From Selaginella moellendorffii (taxonomy: Eukaryota > Plantae > Lycopodiophyta): DNA of 64,000 bases. Below the pieces are notes generated by a model that worked only from the letters and a program-made list of their open reading frames with translations, had not been told where the DNA came from and did no database searches. The DNA is taken from contig NW_003314266.1 in NCBI RefSeq assembly GCF_000143415.4, positions 1,076,463 to 1,140,462 on the forward strand, written 5' to 3'. How positions within the stretch are numbered: the first letter of the stretch is position 1; each line of letters starts with the position of its first letter. Shown here piece after piece: positions 12,168-24,773 of the stretch. The translations under genes were made by a program, and so were the position numbers.

Positions 12168-14093
12168 TGGGGGGGTGGGCAAGCGAAGTCCTTGGGTTAC
12201 ATCACAACTTTTGAAAATCTAGAGCGCACGTTTGTTCGTTTTGCAATTAAGTATTTTCTATATGAGCACATTGAACGTGAAAAGACTTTAGCTCCATGAT
12301 CTACCAGCCCTATTACGAATATAGGGCGACAAATCCTATCGAATTTTTCGCACCAAAAGACGAAACGCTGGAGGAAGGCGACACTGTGCGCTGTCAGGGC
12401 TCGATCTTGACACATTTGCATTTGAAGTGTGACACAAGACCTCATCGCTTGACCATTGAGCGAAGTTTCGTAAGAAGCATGCGGGTTGATTTCTGTGAAA
12501 GTAGGTTACGTTAACCAAATCAGTAAACTCAAGCTCAGATTGTTTTGGAAAACTAACCGGTTTCAGTGGGGGGATTATTGCAGTCCTTCCGTATGTAGTT
12601 GGGAAGCTTATAACATAGCACAATGTTCAGCCAGCCATCTTCAAAAGACTGCATGTAAATAATTAGACAGAGTGCGAGGCAGTCTTCTGTGCAATGGAAA
12701 TGAAGCTCGCTTGTAAGTTTGTGGTTTGGTTTGCTGGTTTATACTACACATTGTTCGAGCTTGGGAAGAAACCAAAATAGGTTGCTGCATTGAAATGCAG
12801 GTATGATTTCCTTCGCAACGCTCAAGCACGGTCAGCTGCGTGGAAGCAAAATCTCAGGCAGCAGTAACACCTACTCGGGCAGCTCAAGCAGCGCAAGCCC
12901 ACACACACCAGCCACGGAATCAGTTCACTCTGAGACAGAACTGGTGTTGAGATGATAGAATGCTGAATCTCCCGCTGGAGCCACAAAGACAAGGTGAAAT
13001 AAATCCCCCGTGATATAGTCTTCAAGAAAACTCTTACATGAAAGCTAATTTTGCAGGTTGCTGGCTGGTTTCAAGCTTAGAATGGATTGACACTCTTGAC
13101 GGTGCTCGGAGCGGGTCATACCCCTAGACATTTGTCAGGAAAAGTTCCACCAAGCTTTGCCAATTGAATGTCCTTATTCCGATGAATTCTCAACTACCTC
13201 GGTTAGGCCTTACGCAGCTTCTTTCTAAGCTCCTTCTTAAGCTGCATTGGACCAACAGTTAGTGAATGTTAACATACAAATCAGGAAATTACCACTTTTA
13301 CGGAAACCTGGGTTAATTTCTTCATAAGATCCAGACGATGACTCTACCAGGTTCTGGAGATGTTCATTCCAAGTTAAGACATGATTGACATTTGTTGTAT
13401 GAGTTCTCTGGGAAAGACGTTCCAAGTCGCTCACGCATGGCAGCAACTCACAAGGTATCTAGTTAATGCATATCTTACTACAAAATTCAAAACATACCTT
13501 TGATATGAACTTGCTTCAGCTCGACCCCTCTTGACGAAACCAAAAACATCCAAGATCAAGTACTTGTATTAATATTCCGCCCAAACGAATGGATATATCC
13601 GGTCGACAGGGCAAGCAACAGCCCTGCCGCACTTGACGCTGCCTAGAAGATATGTTCATCATTTAGCCAGAAGTCGCCCATCATTAGAACGTATGTTAGA
13701 AAATCCTCTGGAACATGATAGGATTAGATAAGTTAGAGCAAACGGAAAGAAAAGCAAGAATTACCTAAGACTAGCTTCGGTTCTTAAGTATGAATGGGCT
13801 CCTCAACATCGATGCTCCTCCCCATCACATGTGGTGTCCATTTGATCCGTCAACCTCTGGAGCGCGGCTCCACGGCGACCGACCTGTTCAACTCTGCTCT
13901 CTCATCGGTTCTCTTCCGCCTCAGCCTTCATCTTTCGACGCTCCTCATTTAGCCTCCCCAAATCTTTGCGTCTGATACACGTCTAGATCAGCTCGAGCCT
14001 TTTAGCAATCTCAACTGAGCCTCGAAGGCTGGCGAGAAGATATTGTCGGTGATTTTCTTCACCAAAGCGTTCACTCCTGTGGGTTGCTGTTCT

Positions 14094-14815
14094 TCTTTGA
14101 TCCAGCTTCTCGTTGAGAGTGTTGATACCACTCCATTGGCATCTGAAAAGCCAAAATGGTAAGCTTTTGCAAAGTACCTGTAGATCCAGATTCGAAGTTT
14201 CTTTCTGGATCAAGGATTTGTAGAGTGGCAGCATGGACACAATTATCTCGGATGCCTGGTAATACTATGATGCCTTCGAGCAAACAAGATCAAAGCTAGT
14301 AATATAAGGATCATACTTGCATGAAAGTATTTACTTGAGCTTCCACGAGATTGTTGAGTTTCCTGAATTTGCTAGATTCAAACTAGCTTGGACGCTTCAC
14401 TGATTGAGGTAACTTCTGTTTTATCAGCGCAAGGATTGTAAGCATTCACCAGAATATTTGTGTGTAGGGACTGAGACTGTAAATACAAACAACTTCGGTT
14501 TGTAAATGTTGTAGTAAGTCCACTTATCAAGCGGTTCATGATGGCCGAAGCTCCTTGGCAGTTTGGATTCGAGGACTGGGCACATGGTGGAAAAATCATA
14601 GTTTTGTAAGTCTGGTCTGGAATGAGAGAGTGACTGTAGTAAAATTCAACATTGCCTCGCATGTCATGAGCAAGTCAAGGCATTCCCAAGCTTACTCTTT
14701 TGTGTTATCCATTTCACAATATCTTATCTAGCATAAATGGGTTATATCCAATGGGGAAGGTAAAATTAAAAGTAGAGGTGGAGCCAATAACATTAAGCCA
14801 TCGCAGCAAGAACTG
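14094..14815 (-). pseudogene. SCPL remnant, copy 2
   Basis: Same motifs as copy 1 (RGNVEFYYSHSLIPDQTYK, SMLPLYKSLIQK), plus a deletion across the splice acceptor and SGD motif. Confidence 0.7.
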
Positions 14816-15507
14816 ATGTCATTCTTTGTATAGTGGACCTAAACAGTTTATCTCCACAATAGCTTTGTGCAAGTGAGGCAAACAATTCCGGGGTTTGCAC
14901 ATTTAAAAGAATGCACATCAATTCGCTAGGTTGATTCAGCCATTTATGAAAGATCTCAAAGATATTTTCCCACTGGTGAGAGTTTTCATTCATAGCAAAC
15001 AGTGGAAAACAATTATGTCATTATTTAACTTTTCTCATTTCATTTCCTCTAGTCAAAAATAAATTTAGGTTTCAAGTTAGATATAGTAGGGAAACTAGTG
15101 CCATAAAGAGACTTGATTAAAATTAAGGTGGCTGATGTCAATCAAGTGACAATGAAGCCCACCTTTGTTTCATGCATCACCGCATTTCTCCACTTTAGTA
15201 TCTGGCTTCCATGTGTTTGAGGCTGGAAGAGCTATTGGGTGGCTCTTCCAGCGACTTTGAGCTGAACCAGGATGCCATGGAAGATTGCAAAGAGATTGCC
15301 AATAAGGAGGTGAGTGACGTATTTGTATTCATTGATTTACCTCTCGAAAGCCACAGAGCTAGTGGTTGTGATGTTGATTCTGGTGATTGACCTCAAAAAA
15401 CCAGTAAAAGTATGCTCTTTGCGCCACAACCAAGTGACCAGTGTATTGCTTAAATTGGACTTGTGACTGTTTGGGAAGATTTTATTTTTCCCGTGTTAAG
15501 TGTGCTA

Positions 15508-15739
15508 CTCTCGTCAATCCATCCCTGAACCGGACTTCGACCTTACAGTGAGCATAAAAATCTTTTCTTGACAGGCTAAAGCTGTGATTCCCTTTCTCAG
15601 CTCCTGGAGGAGTTCCTCTCATAGGCCCGATTGTGGAGCTCCCGGGGTTGTTTCTAGCAAGTGGTCACGAAGGGAGTGGTCTCTCGCTGGTGGTAACGCT
15701 AAAAATCTTCACCACCAGAAGTTCTTGTTATCAATCGCA
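15508..15739 (+). repeat. Inverted duplicate of the 3' part (exons and introns) of the FAD oxidoreductase gene at 18070-18311
   Basis: Sequence is the reverse complement of 18070-18311, e.g. CCGGACTTCGACCTTACAGTGAGCATAAAAATCTTTTCTTGACAGGC. Confidence 0.9.
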
Positions 15740-15769
15740 ACTTGCTTGAGAAAAATCGTGAAAGAAGAA

Positions 15770-15942
15770 AAAAAAATTGGAAAAGAAATTTTCGCAACAC
15801 TTCTGTGTCGGAATATGACTTAAGCTTCGAGACATACAGACGGGTCATCAAACGCATACTCCAACCCAATAAGTACCAATACACAAATCTCGACACTATT
15901 TAAATATTGCGCTAAGGCATGTGGGATAATTGAGCTTTGCCT
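15770..15942 (+). repeat. Dispersed direct repeat shared with ~50480-50667
   Basis: Shared blocks TTGGAAAAGAA.TTTTCGCAA, GGAATATGACTTA..CTTCGAGACA, CGGGTCATCA, CACTATTTAAATA, GGCATGTGGGATAATTGAGCTTTGCC. Confidence 0.85.
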
Positions 15943-16059
15943 AGTAGTAATACATCCACAAGATAAGTAAGCGCTGCTTGTCGCCGCTTCATGGGGCAGT
16001 CGGCTACCTCAGGCTTCTTTGCTCTCCCTTGTGTCTTTTTCATGGTCGATCATTGTAGA

Positions 16060-17814
16060 TCAAACTCTCTGGATCCGGTATCTCAGCCCTTTGCTGGCGT
16101 CCCTCATCATGGCGCCTTGCCGTTGCCAAATTTCTGGAGAAATCGCTACAAGAAAAGAAGTCATTTTTTCATTTGTGTTATTCCACAGGGTCACGAGTTT
16201 TTCCGTTGAGCACTTCCGCTCTCTACCAGTACCAAAATATTTATAATTTGCAATACTAAATACAACATGTACCTTGTGAAATTTGTCGACAGCAGCAACC
16301 AATGCTGCTTCTTTCTCTTCCACCGCAACCATTGCTTGTCTCATCCCCAATGCTTTTAAAGAAAAATCCTCTTTTGCAGCCTCCATTCTTGCTATTGCCT
16401 TTCTCGCAGCCAATGTTGCTGCTGCTTCTCTTGCTGCCAGCTTTGCCGCTGTTTCACCACCCGTTGCTACCTCGTCCTCAGCAGCTCTCCTTTCTGCCTC
16501 GGCCTCTTCTTTGGCAGCATTAGAAGCAGCAGCGGCAATAGCAGTGGCTTTGGCCGTTGCCTTTTCGGCACTTGCCAGCAAGAGTAAATAGTTGTCTCGA
16601 CATGAACCACTCCAAACCTTGATGAAGGGGTTGTCCAGACCGCTGTCCACACATTGTTTGTCATGTATGCCCCATAGCAGATGTGAGTTTGTATTAGAGA
16701 TGCGCAAACCTTCCTCTTCACTTGCTAAGAGTTTCTTCCAGAATGCCTAGAAAATATAATACCTCAAATTTAGTATAAAACTGATTTAGCAACTTTTCCC
16801 TTGGCAAAGACGCCCGAATTATGTTACGTGGCCTGTTTTCTATCACGTGTTCGATGAACTTGTTCAGGTCTGCAAAACTCGGTCCCGAATAATAGATTAG
16901 AAGTTCTGCAAGCTCACGAGAGCAGCCTTCTCCCAACCTTCTCATGGTCATGCCAATAAGCTGCTCGCTGGAAACTTGCGGTAAGCTGTAAAGTGTTCCT
17001 CTAGTCGCTATACACCATATCTGCTACCATTTCTTCAGAACCAACCAGCCACAGACTAAAGTGCTGAAAATCAGTTGCTTCTTTTCCTAGATTCACCAGT
17101 TCGTAGGCCTCATCCTTCATGAGCCTGTCAGCATTGTCAACGACCACGACCAAAACAGCGAGGCTGTGCTCCTGTGTGCCTACTCCACCAGTTCCAGCAC
17201 CGTCCTACTCTTAAAATCTGCTCCCATTTATCTATGGGCTTCCCCCGGACAACTCTAGGAAATGGAGCACCATATGTGGTGTTGATCTAGTTGCACAATT
17301 GCTCCAGTGTAGTGTCCTCCTTCATGCTGAAATACATGATAGCTCTCCCCCTTTTCTCTGCGGCAGTGAGTACACATGTTGTTTTGCCCGACCCCAGCTT
17401 CCCACCCATCAAAACAAGCCTAGGTCCTCTGTTCATGAGCTCAAGGATCTCGTTCTCCACCTCAGACATGTCCACATATACCTCTGGCTTCACAGCGTCT
17501 GGGTACAACAGTCTCCATATCGTGTAAATTGTGTCCGAGAACAGTAATGTGCAAACACCATGATGGCTGTCACCTTTCGAACGTTGCTATGCACTTGCTC
17601 CGGAGTCGTCGTTGGCCGTCCGGATCCTATAACCTTTGTTCGAAGCCGCTAATGTCTGGAGACCTAAACCTTCCCGGAACATAATATCTGCACGAGATGG
17701 CATGGTGAGCAGTGGCCACGAGGCGTCGACAGGCCACACGTAAGCAACATACCTAACGAATTTTTCACTAGACAGAAGAGGTCTGCCCAAAAAACAATCT
17801 CTACAAATTAGCAA
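16060..17814 (-). pseudogene. Disrupted P-loop (AAA/STAND-like) ATPase with Ala-rich coiled-coil C-terminus
   Basis: Walker A GKLGSGKTT (~17380-17410) and Walker B VLVVVVDNAD (~17130-17160) lie in different frames; in-frame stops at 17587 and 17287. Confidence 0.65.
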
Positions 17815-17990
17815 AGATCACACACTGTAAGCACACTGTCAAGGACTTCGGCAGCAGCAGATCAAAAAGAATCTATGGATAGACAGAGCTTTCTTTGAGA
17901 CATTGCTGTTTGAGTACAGATCCAGACACTCGTGGGATGCATGGCACTGCTCTAACGCTTGTCTCCATTGTTAATCGTCATTATTAACGC

Positions 17991-19742
17991 CTAAACACTC
18001 CATTGAAAGATTGCACTCGAGCTTCGTTCCATGATAGTGTCCACGATCATCTCTGCGGTGCCAAGTGCCTGCGATTGAGATAAAAAAACAAGAAACTTTA
18101 CAGCTTCTGGTGAAGATTTCAAGTTTTACCAGCGAGAGGCCACTCCCTTCGTGACCACTTGCTAGGAACAACCCCGGGAGCTCCACAATCGGGCCTATGA
18201 GAGGAACTCCTCCAGGAGCTGGGAAAAGGAATCACAGCTTTAGCCTGTCAAGAAAAGATTTTTATGCTCACTGTAAGGTCGAAGTCCGGTTCGGGGATGG
18301 ATTGACGAGAGCGGAACGCTTGCTAGCGCAGGGAAAAACTTGGCAGCTCTGTGGAGGATTTGCTGGATGACTGCTTCGTCTGGAGTAATGTCAAAGCCTT
18401 TGAATTCTCTGCTACTACCTGTTAAGACGAAAGAGAAAAAACTGGCTCGATGTAAGAGCTCAAACTCATACTCACCGAGCAAGACATTTCCGGCCGGATC
18501 GACTGTAGCCGTGGTGGCCACTCCAAATTCGTCTAGTGTTTCCTTGGAGTTTTTGGTGCTCGTGTAAGCAAACTCCATGGTCCCGTAGTTTAGATGCAAT
18601 CCAGCCGTTTTATCCACCACCAGAAGGTGGCCCTTTGATTCAGTGAGACAACCAGCGTCAGCTCAAGCTGGAAAAAGAGATTGCTTTTACCTTCCGAGGC
18701 CGGATCGACGGAGTCAAATCCAAATCAAAGCGTTTGGATAGAATTTCCAGTAAGTCCGAGCTCCAAGCACCGGCTGCAACTATAACAGCTCGCTTAGAAT
18801 GAAGGTCACCATTTAAAGTTTGTAATCCCTGCATATATCTATCTGCTGGCGACCTACGAAAAAGACAAAGAAAAAAAAAAGACGAAAAAACAAGCTTTTG
18901 TAGAAGCAGTTAGATATCAAGTTGTCATACCAAAGGAAACCTGTCACCGGACTTCCAAAAACTTCTTTGTAGCGACCTCCTGGACCCAAAGCTCGATTTT
19001 CCTGCCAGGACAAGACTTTCAGCATTTGGTAAAAGAGAGGAAAAAAAATAAAGAGGGAACAACGCACCGTACTTGTTGAATGAACTCCACTGCAGCTCTT
19101 GCATCGATCTGGCAATCTGCAGGGAAAAAAGCCGCAGCTCCTTCTGGACCAAGAACAAGAGCAGGCTCTGCCGTTTGAGCTGTATGAGAGTTCCAGAACT
19201 CTACTTGGACTCCAGCAGCAGCAACCTTGTGTAACCTGTTGTGCAAAGCTAGAGACTCCTCACCCCCAGTGGTAAACAACAAACTCCCTGCAGAAACATC
19301 AAGAAGATCAACTTCAAGAGAAAACGTTTGTCTTTTTCCTTGGTACCTGTGTCTCTCCACCCAATTTTCTCGAGAGGATCAACGCCAGAAGCTTGTATTT
19401 CCGCTACGAATTCGTGCCAGAGTTGGATGCTACGACGAGAAAAATCCCATGTCTTGGAATCCGGATTGAGGTGTCCAGACCATATGTACCCCTGTCCTGA
19501 GAAGAAGAAAACCAAGAGATCTATAACGCATAGATCTAAGGTAGAGCAATGAATGGCATACCAGCTCCAGTAGCTCCAGCGCAGATCTTATGGGCCGCCT
19601 CCACAACAGTGACGGAGAGATTGGTTTGGCGCAAAAAGCGATTTGCGATAGAGAGACCGATGATCCCGGCGCCAGCAATCACCACATCGGAAGAGCCCAT
19701 TGCATGGACCTTCGCTGCATTTGGCCATGACTCGAGTGCCAT
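17991..19742 (-). CDS. FAD-dependent oxidoreductase (DAO/glycine-oxidase family), multi-exon
   Basis: DVVIAGAGIIG FAD-binding motif, GATGAGQGY, VIVAAGAWS, TGLRPY, GHEGSGLSLALGTA; GT-AG introns; TAG at 17991. Confidence 0.92.
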
Positions 19743-19807
19743 GGTCTAAACCGAAGACAAGGGTTTAGTCACGAATTTTCTAAGAATTATGAACACATAC
19801 CGAAGCG

Positions 19808-21283
19808 CTAAGCTGATGTATCGAAGTGGAACTTTGAGAAGATCTCTTCCAGCTTCGCCTGTAAAGCCGCTCGAGCTCCAGCATCCGCCGCATGGCCTCC
19901 ACCAAAGCTGTCAGCTTCGTCCGTCCAAGACATCGTCCCAGTATCGCGCCTCAAAGCTTCTACTTCTTCACTCTCCTCCGTCATCCCCGCACGGCTGTAG
20001 ATGTTCGCCATCAAAACGTAGGCGGCACCGTGTCTCTCGTCCAGTTTCAGCACCGAGTCGAAAGCAAGCCTTCCAGCTTCCACATTCCCCCACTTGTGGC
20101 AAGCTCCCAGTAGAACCATCCATATTCTCAGGTCCGCTTGCATGGGCATGCTCGCCACCACTGTCACTGCTTGCTCGACTCGGTTGGCCCGGCCTAGAAG
20201 ATCAACCAAGCAAGTGTAGTGCTTGATGTCCGGAGCAAGGCCATACTTCGTCTTCATCTCCTCGAACAGCTTGAGTCCCTTGTCAACTAGGCCGGCGTGG
20301 CTGCACACTCCGAGAACCGAGAGAAAGACCACTCCATCCGGTTTCACTCGATCTTTAGCCATCCTCTCCAAGAGTTCTATCACCTTTTTGCTGTCTCCTT
20401 GCAGGCTATATCCTGAGAGTAAAGCGTCCCAAGCCACCAAGTCCTTTCTGGAGATGGAGTCGAATATGTAACGAGCTTGCTCCATGCATCCACACTTCCC
20501 GTAAAAGTCCACCAGAGACGTCGCTAGAAGTGGATTACTTTGGAGCCTTGCGCTACATATTTGAGCTTCGATTCGTCGCCCAGCTTCTAGTGCCGAGAGG
20601 TTGCCACACGCCTTGAGAGCAGCCATGTAAGTGACGACGTTCGGGACACAGCCTTGGTCTTGCATTCTCGAGAAGAGGCTCAAAGCTAGCTGACTCTCCC
20701 CGCTTTCAGCGTATCCCATAATCAAGGACGTCCATGACACCACGTCCCGCTGCCTCATTCTGTCAAAGACGCCTCTCGCATCGATCAGACTCCCACACTT
20801 GGCGTAGAGATCCACCAGGCTGCTTGCCACCAGGAGATTCATTTCAACTCCCCTTTCTACTGCTTGACGATGAACTGCCCTGCCTCTTTCCAGACTCTTC
20901 GTTTTCAAAACGTTTCCTTCGACCAGCTTCCCTTGTTCTTCAAGTGCCAAGTTGCCACAAGCCTTCAATGCCGCTAGAAGAGTGACACGGTCTGGTTCGA
21001 AGCCTTCTTCTTGCATGCTCAAGTACATCTGAAAGGCCAGATTGCTCTGGCCACTTTCTGCGTATCCCCGAACCATGGAAGTCCATGTCACCACTGTGTG
21101 ATGGAGCATGCAGTCAAAGACCCGGCGAGCGTCCTCCATGCTTCGACACTTGAAGTACATATCCAAGAGCGTGTTTGCTATGTAGACGTCGGAGATGTCA
21201 TCACGTTGAATCACAGCTGCGTGGATTTGTCTGCCGGTTCGAAGATCTAGCGTGTTGCTGCATTTCTTTAACGTGGCCACCAC
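19808..21283 (-). CDS. PLS-class pentatricopeptide repeat protein with E domain (5' end unresolved)
   Basis: Repeated SLVDLYAKCGSLIDARGVFDRM/VVSWTSLIMGYA motifs, HYTCLVDLLGRA, E-domain AAYVLMANIYS; no DYW domain. Confidence 0.92.
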   Translation of the reverse strand: MVATLKKCSNTLDLRTGRQIHAAVIQRDDISDVYIANTLLDMYFKCRSMEDARRVFDCMLHHTVVTWTSMVRGYAESGQSNLAFQMYLSMQEEGFEPDRVTLLAALKACGNLALEEQGKLVEGNVLKTKSLERGRAVHRQAVERGVEMNLLVASSLVDLYAKCGSLIDARGVFDRMRQRDVVSWTSLIMGYAESGESQLALSLFSRMQDQGCVPNVVTYMAALKACGNLSALEAGRRIEAQICSARLQSNPLLATSLVDFYGKCGCMEQARYIFDSISRKDLVAWDALLSGYSLQGDSKKVIELLERMAKDRVKPDGVVFLSVLGVCSHAGLVDKGLKLFEEMKTKYGLAPDIKHYTCLVDLLGRANRVEQAVTVVASMPMQADLRIWMVLLGACHKWGNVEAGRLAFDSVLKLDERHGAAYVLMANIYSRAGMTEESEEVEALRRDTGTMSWTDEADSFGGGHAADAGARAALQAKLEEIFSKFHFDTSA

Positions 21284-21665
21284 TCTAAAAATTCTGCCCC
21301 TGTTGTCTCTCCTTTTCTCTTCGGTGAAGCAAGCTAGAGTAAAATTTTTTACACTTGTTGTATTGTTCTGGAGAAAACAAACTTTGTTATAGTAAGACTT
21401 AAGCTGTATTATGCTGAAGTACCTGATTTGTCACCGTCATTTTGACGCTACCTTATCCAAACGCACAAAACTTCGAGACGGACTAGAAGCTGTTCCTGAG
21501 GAGCGCACATTGGAGCGAAAGTTTGAGTAAACTTGAGTGTACCTGTGTGCCTTACAAAGTATAGCCGGCGAGAGAAACTGAAACGTCCTCCCGTTGCCAG
21601 CGGACAATTTTGGAGCTGCCTCCACAAGTCTGGATTGGGGAGCAAAGAACACTATATACAAACAA

Positions 21666-24600
21666 CTAGTTCTCATCAGTGTCACTCGCGTTCCCCTCCC
21701 CTCCTGCTTCTTCCTCCGTGTCTCCTGCTTCTTCTGCCTCGGCTTCTTCTTGTGAATCCGGCGCTATCTCGTTGATCGGACTCGGAATCTCGTCCTTCAC
21801 AACCATTGCAGAACTCTGACTGCCCAGTGTATCAATCCTCACGACCGCTGCGTCATCCCTTGCAGCGCCTCTAACTTGCAGGCTATCACTATTTCCAACT
21901 TGGCTCGCCAAAACCCTCCTCTCTACTTCATCCTGGGAGTAGTTTCCGTCACTGCCCAGAACTTCCGACGTGACAAGGTCCGCTGTGCATAGACTACTCC
22001 TTCGAAGTTGTGTCTGCGAGTCAGTTCCTCGAAGTCCCCTTGCAAGTACAGGAGTTCCTGGTACCTGTCCAGCATCCTCGGTTTCGTTTCTTTCGAGCAG
22101 AGGAGTCCCTGGTTCGTTTCCGGCAGTTTCAGGATCATCTCTTTCCAACGGAGTCCCCGGTACTTCTGCTGCAGTGATTTGAGTTTCCATAATTGCAGCA
22201 TCATCCCTGACAGTCGCGTGTTGTCGTGCTTGATCTATATCGAGAGGAATCAACTGTGTAGCATCCCACTGTGTCACGTTCAGCTGCGTGGGTATGTCTT
22301 CTCGAGCTTGTGTCTGATTGTTGTGCTCCACTCTGTAGCCACTGGTTTCCTCTGCCATCTCGTTTAGATCGAGCGTTGCAAGTAAGGTCTTGTCTTGAGT
22401 AGCATTTACGTGTGTGCCATTTGAGCCTTCGTCCCTCATCGTTTCGCCATCCTTCATTTCCTCGTCGACGGTCTTGGACTCACTGTGCTCTTCACCGTTG
22501 TTATAACAGTAGCCAGCAGGAGCGGCATTAGCATACTCCGCATCATCGTCCTTGAGTGTTTGCATCATGGCTTGAAGTTGGAACTGTTGCTTCTGCTGTA
22601 ACGCCGAAATCTCTTCCGCGGTTGACTGGAAAGCCCTCAACTGTGTCTCTCTGGAAAGGCAGCTTTTGAGCAAAGTTCTTAAGGATATGTGTGCTCTTAC
22701 CTCAGTAAAATACGGTCTCTGGCACCTTCAAATCGTTGGCTTTCAAGTTTGAGCTTGTTCAACACTTCCTCTTTCTCCAGCTGAAGAGAGGAAATTTTAA
22801 TATGCGCTGCGTCCTTTTCATGCTAGAAAGAAAGAAAGACAGTGAATCAAACGTCAAACAAAATTTTCCAACCTTGCATTCCTCCAGATTGTTTAGAGAC
22901 ATTTCAAGGTCCCGTATCGTTTTTTCCAGCTCCTGAACACAATACGTTAGTCCCATAGTCAAGCTTGTTAAAAAAAGCCTCCAACCTGTCTCAGGACTGC
23001 AGATGCATGTTGCTCAGTGTTCAATTGGATTTGTAGTTCTTGACCCTTCTTTTCAAAATTCATACGAGTCTCCCTTTCTTCTTCCTGCATGCCCTGTTAT
23101 TGTGTCCAAGTTCAAGTTCAAGGCTACTGCACTTACCAGTTGCTTTCGCTGGCTTTCGATTTGTACTCGGTACTCGGTCACAGAGTCCTGAGACAAATCA
23201 TAAAAACAATTAAGAAGCAGCATCATGATGATTTTTTCTTACTTGAAGTGCGGCCATTTTGTCTTCCAGCTGCCCTCGTTGTCGAGAGAAAGCTTCAGCT
23301 TGTCGATTCGAGTCTTGCTCTGCTTCAGTTCGAATCCTATCTACAGCTGATTTATGCTGTGCTTCAATTTCTTGTCTTTCTTTCCTCCGCTGACTTCTTT
23401 CATCTTCTAACTGTTTCTCGAGCTCTTCCCTATTCGCTTTGAAGCTGCTAACGGAGCCAATATCATGCTAAAAATCTAAATAAACTCAAATGCTTACTTC
23501 TTTAAGGCTTCTTCAGCCTCCATTCGTGACTGTGCAGCGCCCTTCAACCTATTGTTCAAGTCCTCTATCACGCTTTCTTGTTGAACGCATTTCGCAGAAA
23601 ATTCTTCCATGCTTGAAGCCTTTGTTGACAGCTCTGCTTGCAGGTCCGCCAGCTTTTGCGTATACACAGATTTACATTGATCGACGGCTTCCCTAACGAT
23701 CTGCATAAGATGTAAATCCTCACATACGATTTTTTATAAAGTACTTACTGATTCTGTGGAGGACTTGGCTGCTCTCAAGTCCGCGTTGAGGCTATCACTT
23801 TTATTACACTCGAGCTCCAGTTTCTGTCGAAGCTCCTGTGCATGGTTACACATCAGACAAATACTTATATAGCTTTGTCACCAGATTGATTAACGATCAC
23901 CTGATTGCTTCGCTCTAAACGCCTTACATCTGCTAGATTTACAGGTCCATCTCCAATACCTGATCCGGACATTTTCATTCTTTTGCCATCCTCGTTCTTG
24001 GACAGCTCTACTTCTATAATCAGGAGAACAAATTGTCAACATAGACAAGCAAAAGAACTCGCAGATACTTAGAGCATGTACCTACCTGGTTTTCTTTTCA
24101 AACCAGAACTGGTATCCCGAAAGACGTACGCAAAGCCATTCTCTGCAAGAGCTACTTAACGAAGTTGGAAAATCCATGTAGGAAGAAAAAAATACCAAGT
24201 TCCGGAAGAGCTGCCAGCGATATGACATCTCCGTGCTGGAGACGAAACTCGGGAGAATCTTTCCTCAACCTCTGGCCATTCACATAAGTCCCATTTGAGC
24301 TGAAAACGCAGCACCCTCCAGACGTGGAGCTCTCGAAGCAGCATAGAAACAAGTACCTGGAATCTTTAATGTACACCGCCCCGCTTTTCCCATCATCAGG
24401 AGTGATATTCTTGCGGAAAATTCGGCAATGCCGGCCACTTATGCTCGGCGAATCGAATAGAAACAGAGTGTCCGCGACCATGCGCCCCAGGGTATGCTCT
24501 GGGAGTGTCAAGAACATATGTTGCCCCTGAAAATCACGAAATCAGGCAATCCTAGCGTGGGAATCCCCGGCGCGAGACAAATACCTGAGCTCGTTTCTTC

Positions 24601-24686
24601 GCAGCGTCCGAGAGAGCCGAAAGCACGCCCCATGTCCGATCATTCACTCCCGCGGGCAGCGGCTCCTGCAATATTTGCTCCGCCAT
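21666..24686 (-). CDS. SMAD/FHA-domain coiled-coil protein, multi-exon
   Basis: Spliced N-terminus MAEQ..WGVLSALSDAAKKRAQ|GQHMFLT..LGR..ISGRHC..SNGTYVNG (FHA), followed by coiled-coil exons and an acidic tail with xTQ motifs. Confidence 0.88.
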
Positions 24687-24773
24687 AGCTATAGAACCCT
24701 AACAAGAAGCTCAACCCAAAAGCCCTAGTCAAATATCCGCTATAATTTAAATCAAACAGGCGCGCGAAGAATT

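Larger units (their letters stand above)
11855..15422 (+). repeat. Segmental duplication copy B
   Basis: Matches 1-3643. Carries ~190 bp extra at ~12935-13120 and lacks ~250 bp corresponding to 3040-3290. Confidence 0.95.
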
